NCBI GenBank assembly: GCA_964016885.1
Contig: OZ024757.1
Coordinates: forward strand, 9,176,001-9,240,000
Direction: 5' to 3'
Origin: Eledone cirrhosa
Lineage: Eukaryota
Length of the DNA stretch: 64,000 nucleotides
The translations under genes and the position numbers were made by a program. Positions 10,710-19,100 of the stretch are shown one piece after another. How positions within the stretch are numbered: position 1 is the stretch's first letter; every line of letters begins with the position of its first letter. The notes under the pieces are model-generated. The model worked only from the letters and a program-made list of their open reading frames with translations. It was not told where the DNA came from and made no database searches.

Positions 10710-13700
10710 CATCATCATCATCAACGTTTAACGTCCGTGTTCCACGCTTGCATGGGTTTGGACGGGGGTAGTCCCACTTGAGGCAAGAGTGATTGTCTTG
10801 CTCGCATAGGACTGTCTGGCAGGTTTTCTACAGGTGGATGCCCTTCCTAACACCAACCACATTTACAGTGTGGGTCTGGGAGGTTTTTACCGTGTTGCCT
10901 ACACGGCCACATTACAGCGTGGACTGTGTGCTTTTTTGTCGTGACACCTACACGATCTCATTTGTTTCGGCCTGGATGTTGTGGCACCAACATAACTTTA
11001 CATAGAATGGGGTGGTGTGGATGGGGTGGGGGTGGTGGGACGGGGGTGTATTTTGTTAGAGATGCCTACTGACTGTAGTAGGTTTTACTTTGTATTTAGG
11101 TAAGGCGGGTCTTCTCTATTACTGAGTACCGCCAAAGGTCTCGGTCCAGTGACATTGTCTTGGTGAGGTGTAAGTGTGTGAGGTCGGAGTTTATCAGCTT
11201 GTCCCAGGTTTTTCTGGGTCTGCCTATTCCGTGGCTACCGTCTATCTTTATTGCCCTGCACTTTGTTATACAGCTATCGTCCTTCATGCGCATCACGTGA
11301 CCATACCAACGTAGCCTTCTCTCTAGTAAACAACATCTGATCCCTCTTATTTCTAATTTTTTCCTTAGTTCGTTTATGCTTTGTCGTTCACGTATATTAC
11401 TATTACACATCCAGCGGAGCATGCAAGCTTCGTTTCTCTCTAGTCTGCGTATATCCTCTGCACACAATGCCCAGGTCTCACTGCCATGCAACATTGCTGT
11501 TCGTGTGCAGGCATCGTACAGCCTGCCTTTCATTTTTAGGGAGAACCCTTTAGCGGATAATAGTGGTATAAGCTCTCTGAACTTTTTCCACCCAGTTCTG
11601 ACTCTAGCTACTGTACTTTCAGAGCACCCTCCCCCACTGCTGATTTTGTCACCCAGGTAACGGAAGCTGTCCACTATTTCTATAGAACCCTCTGCGCAGT
11701 TGAAAGAGCTAGTATTATGTGGGCACTTGCTGCTACTTATTTCCCCAGAACACCGGCCCCATGTAAAATCTATGTTCTTAGTTAGCTTACCTGTGATCCC
11801 ACTACATCTTTTATGCACCCAAACTTTGCATTTGGGACACAAAATGGAATTTCTACCTACGCCTTTCCTACACTCTGCGCATGGCCACTTCCCGGAGGGG
11901 ACCGCCGCCTTATTTTCTTTCTTACAAACTAGAACTTTAGTCTTAGCCAGTTTAATTTTAAGGCCTTTTGATTCTAGGCCGTGCTTCCATGTTTGGAATT
12001 TCTTCTCTAGCTCGGCCATTGATTCAGCTATGAGCGTTAGATCATCTGCGTATAGGAGTTCCCATGGGCAGCCGGTCTTGAACTCCACTGTTATAGCCTG
12101 GAGGGCAATAATAAATAGTAGGGGGCTAAGAACAGAGCCCTGATGAACACCAACTTTTACACTAAACTCTTCACTATATTCGTTGTTAATTCTAACCTTG
12201 CTGACTGTTTCTTTATACATGGCTTGTATAGCTCTCACAAGCCATTCATCAACACCTAGTTTTCTAAGAGCCCACCAGATAATGGAACGGGGGACTCTGT
12301 CGAAGGCCTTCTCCAAGTCGACGAAAGCTAAGTATAGGGGTTTACTTTTAGCTAGGTACTTCTCCTGTAGTTGTCGTACAATGAAAAGAGGGTCTGTGGT
12401 ACTTTTTCCTGACACAAACCCGAACTGCATTTCATCTAGATCAATTCGCTCTCTGATTAGTTGCGCTATTACTTTTTACGTGACCTTCATGACCTGGTCG
12501 ATTAATTTAATGCCTCTATAGTTACTCCTATCTAGGGCATCTCCTTTACCCTTATAACAGTTAATGATAATGCTGCTGCGCCAGTCCTTCGGAACAACCC
12601 CATTCTGTATGACTTGGTTGACTATCCGGGTGACCATGGTGTGTCCCACCGTACCAGATGCCTTCAGCATCTCGGCAACTATTTCCGAAGGCCCAGCCGC
12701 CTTGCCTGTCTTCATATCTTTGATTGCCTTACTTATTATACTACCCTCGACTAACACTGCTGGTCCCTCTATTGGGTCGATGTGGGGGAGACTGTCTTTC
12801 TCCCATTTATTCTCCTCATTTAGTAGCCTTTCATAGTGACACTTCCAAGCTACCTTCTTATCGGCATCGGTGATGGCAAGTATGCCGTCATCGTTAAGTA
12901 CACACTTCTCCCCGACAATATCACTGTTTTCCTTGACACATTGCCTAGCAATCCTGAACACCTCACGTTTTTGGTCCTCACATTGTAGAACATGCTTGAA
13001 CTTTCTTTCCTCTGCTTCCCTTCTTGCGAAGTACACTTGTCTCCTAGCTTCCCTCCTGGCCACTTGATAGTCTTCTCTGCTTCCCCCATCCCGCCATACT
13101 TTCCAAGCCTGCTTTTTGGCCTTAATTGACCCCTCCACCTTACTGTTCCACCACCATGTTACTCTCCTCCTGCCTACAGGCCTGCTCCAGCCACAGACTT
13201 CGTCTGCCGCCGTCAGCAGGTTTGCTTTCAGGAATTCCCACTGTTCCTCTACCTTGTACGTCTCTAATTGCTCTTCCTCACTGTCGAAAGCATCAAGTAA
13301 TATGCTTTGGAATTTATTTTTGGCTGTGGGGTCCTTTAGCTTCCATATTTTTCTCCTGAGGATAGTCCTCTTCTGTTGTCTAGTACGTCTCGTCCTGACT
13401 ATTAGGTCGCTAATTATCAGTCTAAGTTGGGAAGTGCATTCTTCATGGGGGAGGGATTTAGTGTTTACGACAGTCACTTTGTCACGTCTTCTGGTAAGGA
13501 TATAATCTACCTGGCTAGTATGTTCCCCTGATCTGTAGGTGATCAAGTGATTGTCTCGTTTTTTGAAGTTAGTGTTGCAGATAGTTAGGTTATTTGCGTC
13601 GCAGAATACCAGGATTCTGGAGCCTTCCTCATTTCTAGTACCAAACCCATAGCCTCCATGGATTTCATCGTAGCCGTCACAATGTTGTCCAACGTGACCG

Positions 13701-14253
13701 TTTAGGTCGCCTGCAATAATTATATAGTCACTGTCGGTTATTTGGGAGGTAGTGAGCATCAGTGTCTCATAGAATCTGTCTTTTATAGTGCTGGGCAGTC
13801 CGGATTGGGGTGCGTACACGGATATTACTGTCACCGTAGTTCTATTGAGGACAAGTCTTATTTTAATTATTCTGTCGTTCACTCTATTTACGTCTATTAT
13901 CTTATCTGCCCACTTTTCTGCTACCATGATTCCTACTCCACCCAGCCCATTGTCGTTTCCCACCCAGAAAAGCTTATAGCATCGTTTTCTACCCACAATG
14001 TATCTAGCAGATCCACCCCTCCACCTAGTCTCTTGAATACAACAAACATCGACCTCCTTACGTTCAAGCATTTCTACAACCTCGTTAGAGCGACCCTTTA
14101 AGGTGCCTACATTCAAGGTACCGAATCTGAAGTTTTGGATTGCGTTTGGGGGGTTGGAAAGGTGGGGAGCGGGGGGAGATGGGGTTATGTTAGCCATCCG
14201 CGGCCGAAACAAAGAGGCATGCTCGCATTTTCGTCCTCGAGGTGTGATTGTCT
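10710..14253 (-). mobile_element. RTE-clade LINE copy 4, near full length
   Basis: (CAT)4 tail at 10710, a 3'UTR of about 385 bp, the complete APE-RT reading frame and about 55 bp of upstream sequence. An 18-bp tandem duplication tgattgtctttatatata marks the 5' junction. Confidence 0.97.
11096..14197 (-). pseudogene. RTE ORF (APE endonuclease, reverse transcriptase, PHD finger), about 1033 codons with one premature TAA at 12476-12478
   Basis: Starts MANITP..RFGTLNVGTLKGR and includes IQETRW, SVYAPQ, GDLNGHVG, QVDYIL, QFGF, DLEKAFD, YADD, FRYLG and GRPRKTW. The two provided ORFs are in one frame. Copy 1 has GAA (VTEKV) where this copy has TAA. The start codon is inferred. Confidence 0.9.
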
Positions 14254-14273
14254 TTATATATATGATTGTCTTT

Positions 14274-14536
14274 ATATATATATATGTAGTGTATACATAT
14301 ATAGACTGTATAGTGCATATATACATATATATATATATATATGTAATGTATATATATATAGACGGTATAGTGCATATATACATATATATATATATGTAGT
14401 GTATATATATAGAGACTGTATAGTGCATATATACATATATATGTGTAGTGTATATATATAGACTGTATAGTGCATATATACATATATATATATATGTATA
14501 GTGTATATATATATATAGACTGTATAGTGCATACAT
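14274..14536 (-). repeat. Same minisatellite, minus orientation (about 5 units)
   Basis: Repeated gactgtatagtgcatatatac(at)ngtagtg. Confidence 0.9.
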
Positions 14537-15173
14537 GGTGGCTGCCAACTCGTTTTCGAGTACGGCCACTACTTTACATCCATGTAGGATAACCCCTACC
14601 GAAGCGCTGAACGAGTGTGACTTTTTAGTCCAGCCAGCGACTTGAAACCTCTGGTACAAACACTACACCTGTGACAATTATTGACACATAGTGCTAGGCC
14701 CATGGTAGGACAATTATTGACACATAGTGCTGGGCCCATGTGAGGACAAGTGCAGAGAGATCTCCAGATATAAAGCAATGCCTGTGCCATGAAGCTTTTA
14801 TAGTGAGCAAAGGCACTGCACAAAGCCAGTCCCACTCTCTTAACCAAGATGCTATTTACCAAAAAGAAGAACAAGTCAACATCATTGGATACCATCAGGG
14901 TTGCAGGTGTTATATCAGAGTTTTCCTTCTCCTAGAATTCTGCCTTGACTAAGGCTAAAGGGGTCATCTCTCCCGGTGATTATGGATGGCCATTGACTCT
15001 TAAGAGCTCCTTTGCCCTTTGACAGGTTTTGTTTTTAGTCCTGCAGGATGTCCAAAGTCACCCTCCTCACCAAGAAACCTTGGTGGGGTTGCCAGTTTAG
15101 TCGCCAACGACCCGACCATGAGACAGGTTGTACTGGGATACATGTTACCAGTAGCACCAACTGGTGACCTGAC
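14537..15173 (-). mobile_element. 637-bp non-autonomous, internally deleted (bipartite) derivative of a different RTE family
   Basis: TSD atagtgcatacat at 14524-14536 and 15174-15186. The 5' part resembles RTE 5'UTRs as recalled (ctttagccttagtcaaggcag..ctaggagaaggaaaactctga). The 3' part encodes a C2H2-like remnant CSVCTRGFKSLAGLKSH and ends in a CTCG-AAAA-CGAG stem-loop followed by ttggcagcc. No EN or RT is present. Confidence 0.75.
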
Positions 15174-15181
15174 ATAGTGCA

Positions 15182-15229
<48 letters not shown>

Positions 15230-15314
15230 GTGTATATATATATATAGACTCTCTAGTGCATATATATATATATATATATATATGTAGTGTATATATATAT
15301 AGACTGTATAGTGC

Positions 15315-15367
<53 letters not shown>
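15174..15367 (-). repeat. Same minisatellite, minus orientation, with (CATA)n and long (TA)n tracts
   Basis: The anchors atagtgc and gactgtatagtgc resume after the insertion. Confidence 0.9.
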
Positions 15368-15368
<1 letters not shown>

Positions 15369-15444
15369 CGAAGGAAATGTGGTAAGGAACCAAGTGAACC
15401 ATAATGCACCAAAGTACTCAATACTTATGGTAGTAGAGTGGGTA

Positions 15445-15561
15445 ATAGGAACAAGTAAGACTCTGACGGCTGAGCTCAAGCCGTTTCGACGGCTAATTCT
15501 GGACAGAATTAGCCGTCGAAACGGCTTGAGCTCAGCCGTCGGGGGTCTTACTTGTTCCTAT
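15445..15561. repeat. Near-perfect 117-bp fold-back palindrome inside a 195-bp island bounded by (TA)n
   Basis: Arms at 15445-15501 and 15504-15561 are separated by 2 nt. The inner 37 bp are perfectly complementary. Confidence 0.95.
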
Positions 15562-16015
15562 ATATATATATATATATAAATATAATATACTATATTATAT
15601 TTTGAGATTAAACTCTCAGTCGTTTACAATAAATCAGCTCCAAGAAAGGGGCATTTCCGAGCAGTTAAATACATTAATATATATGATAAACACAAAACGT
15701 GTTTGCATTGCAACAGACAAAGTTAGCTATTAATGAAATAAACTAATTAAAGTGAATACAATTTGTCTGTCTCGATATAAGTCAATAAAGACAAGCTTAT
15801 ATTGGCAAAGGCCGTGATTCCTGGACAAATGTAAATTTCAAAATCCAAACCCGCTCCGTAGATGAATTTGAACTTCGAAACCTAAATATGTTTCGCTACG
15901 ATGGTACATGAATTGAAAAATAAAGAGAATCGAAATGGAATTGAAATAAAAAGTGAAATATCCAAATCTTAACAAAAGTAGATTGAATTTCAGGAGATAA
16001 ATATAATTTATTTAT

Positions 16016-16067
16016 CATTATCATCATCATCATCATTTTACGCCCGCTTTGCAAGGGTGAGACGGGA
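16016..16067 (-). mobile_element. Very short degenerate RTE 3'-terminal fragment
   Basis: (CAT)n followed by tttacgcccg..gcaagggtgagacgggaa, matching the terminal motif of the other copies. Confidence 0.6.
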
Positions 16068-16173
16068 ACTGATTCTGGCTTTATTATATATTATGAAAAT
16101 GATTTACTCAAAGAAGAAAGAAGAATAAAACCAGGAAAATACTTATACATTGCATCAATTACACACCACAAGT

Positions 16174-19100
16174 GGGAATGTTAGTGTTGACCTCCAACAT
16201 ATCAGAGATAAGAGACAGCATTACCTCAGGTGATAGAGGGTCCTCCACTAATGCAATACAACAGGGAATGTTGGTGCTGACCTCTAGTATTTCTGAGACA
16301 CAGCATTACCTCAGGTGATAGAGAGTCTCTTACTAATGCAATACAACAGGGAATGTTGGTGTTGACCTCTAGTATTTCTGAGACACAGCATTACCTCAGA
16401 TGATAGAGAGTCTCTCACTAATGCAATACAACAGGGAATGTTGGTGCTGACCTCTAGTATTTCTGAGACACAGCATTACCTCAGATGATAGAGAGTCTCT
16501 CACCAATGCAATACAACAGGGAATGTTGGTGTTGACCTCTAGGATTTCTGAGACACAGCATTACCTCAGATGATAGAGAGTCTCTCACTAATGCAATACA
16601 ACAGGGAATGTTGGTGTTGACCTCTAGTATTTCTGAGACACAGCATTACCTCAGGTGATAGAGAGTCTCTCAGTAATGCAATACAACAGGGAATGTTGGT
16701 GTTGACCTCTAGTATTTCTGAGACACAGCATTACCTCAGGTGATAGAGAGTCTCTCAGTAATGCAATACAACAGGGAATGTTGGTGCTGACCTCTAGTAT
16801 TTCAGAGACACAGCATTACCTCAGGTGATAAAGTCTCTCACTAATGCAATACAACAGGGAATGTTGGTGTTGACCTCTAGGATTTCTGAGACACAGCATT
16901 ACCTCAGGTGATAGAGAGTCTCTCAGTAATGCAATACAACAGGGAATGTTGGTGCTGACCTCTAGTATTTCAGAGACACAGCATTACCTCAGGTGATAAA
17001 GTCTCTCACTAATGCAATACAACAGGGAATGTTGGTGTTGACCTCTAGTATTTCTGAAACACAGCATTACCTCAGATGATAGAGGGTCCTCCACTAATGC
17101 AATACAACAGGGAATGTTGGTGTTGACCTCTAGTATTTCTGAGACACAGCATTACCTCAGGTGATAAAGTCTCTCACTAATGCAATACAACAGGGAATGT
17201 TGGTGTTGACCTCTAGGATTTCTGAGACACAGCATTACCTCAGGTGATAGAGAGTCTCTCAGTAATGCAATACAACAGGGAATGTTGGTGCTGACCTCTA
17301 GTATTTCAGAGACACAGCATTACCTCAGGTGATAAAGTCTCTCACTAATGCAATACAACAGGGAATGTTGGTGTTGACCTCTAGTATTTCTGAAACACAG
17401 CATTACCTCAGATGATAGAGGGTCCTCCACTAATGCAATACAACAGGGAATGTTGGTGTTGACCTCTAGTATTTCTGAGACACAGCAATACCTCAGGTGA
17501 TAGAGGGTCTCTCACTAATGCAATACAACAGGGAATGTTGGTGTTGACCTCTAGTATTTCTGAGACACAGCATTACCTCAGGTGATAGAGAGTCTCCCAC
17601 TAATGCAATACAACAGGGAATGTTGGTGTTGTCCTCTAGTATTTCTGAGACATAGCAATACCTCAGGTGATAGAGGGTCTCCCACTAATGCAATACAACA
17701 GGGAATGTTGGTGCTGACCTCTAGTATTTCAGAGACACAGCATTACCTCAGGTGATAGAGAGTCTCCCACTAATGCAATACAACAGGGAATGTTGGTGTT
17801 GACCTCTAGTATTTCTGAGACACAGCATTACCTCAGGTGATAGAGAGTCTCCCACTAATGCAATACAACAGGGAATGTTGGTGTTGACCTCTAGTATTTC
17901 TGAGACACAGCAATACCTCAGGTGATAGAGGGTCTCTCACTAATGCAATACAACAGGGAATGTTGGTGTTGACCTCTAGTATTTCTGAGACACAGCATTA
18001 CCTCAGGTGATAGAGAGTCTCCCACTAATGCAATACAACAGGGAATGTTGGTGTTGACCTCTAACATATCAGAGATAAGACAGCATTACCTCAGATGATA
18101 GAGGGTCCTCCACTAATGCAATACAACAGGGAATGTTGGTGTTGACCTCTAGTATTTCTGAGACACAGCATTACCTCAGGTGATAGAGAGTCTCCCACTA
18201 ATGCAATACAACAGGGAATGTTGGTGTTGACCTCTAGTATTTCTGAGACACAGCATTACCTCAGATGATAGAGAGTCTCTCACTAATGCAATACAAGAGG
18301 GAATGTTGGTGTTGACCTCTAGTATTTCTGAGACAGCATTACCTCAGGTGATAAAGTCTCTCACTAATGCAATACAACAGGGAATGTTGGTGTTGACCTC
18401 TAGTATTTCTGAGACACAGCATTACCTCAGGTGATAAGGAGTCTCTCACTAATGCAATACAACAGGGAATGTTGGTGTTGACCACTAGTATTTCTGAGAC
18501 ACAGCATTACCTCAGATGATAGAGAGTCTCTCACTAATGCAATGCAACAGGGAATGTTGGTGTTGACCTCTAGTATTTCTGAGACACAGCATTACCTCAG
18601 ATGATAGAGTGTCCTCCACTAATGCAATACAACAGGGAATGTTGGTGTTGACCTCTAGTATTTCTGAGACACAGCATTACCTCAGTTGATAGAGAGTCCT
18701 CCACTAATGGAATACAACAGGGAATGTTGGTGTTGACCTCTAGTATTTCTGAGACACAGCATTACCTCAGGTGATAGAGAGTCCTCCACTAATGCAATAC
18801 AACAGGGAATGTTGGTGTTGACCTCTAGTATTTCTGAGACGCAGCATTACCTCAGATGATAGAGAGTCTCTCACTAATGCAATACAACAGGGAATGTTGG
18901 TGTTGACCTCTAGTATTTCTGAGACACAGCATTACCTCAGGTGATAAGGAGTCTCTCACTAATGCAATACAACAGGGAATGTTGGTGTTGACCTCTAGGA
19001 TTTCTGAGACACAGCATTACCTCAGATGATAGAGAGTCTCTCACTAATGCAATACAACAGGGAATGTTGGTGTTGACCTCTAGTATTTCTGAGACACAGC

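Noticed and set aside
1493-14253. Bacterial RT system (retron, DGR, group II intron) paired with a repeat array
   Set aside because: APE endonuclease fused to RT, 5' truncations and (CAT)n tails are diagnostic of eukaryotic RTE non-LTR retrotransposons. I saw no sequence link between them and the satellite.
2123-14399. Many plus-strand ORFs conserved between copies
   Set aside because: They are antisense shadows of the RTE reading frame with no recognisable domain.
14198-14659. N-terminal 154 aa of the 727-aa ORF as part of the LINE protein
   Set aside because: It reads through the mini-RTE and minisatellite. Endonuclease homology starts only after MANITP at 14197.
15445-15561. Penelope-type hammerhead (ctgacgg...gaaac)
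   Set aside because: CUGACGG lacks the conserved A of CUGANGA, and the long fold-back would sequester the core.
15855-15900. Additional SINE remnant (gaatttgaactt)
   Set aside because: The match is too short and degenerate to support.
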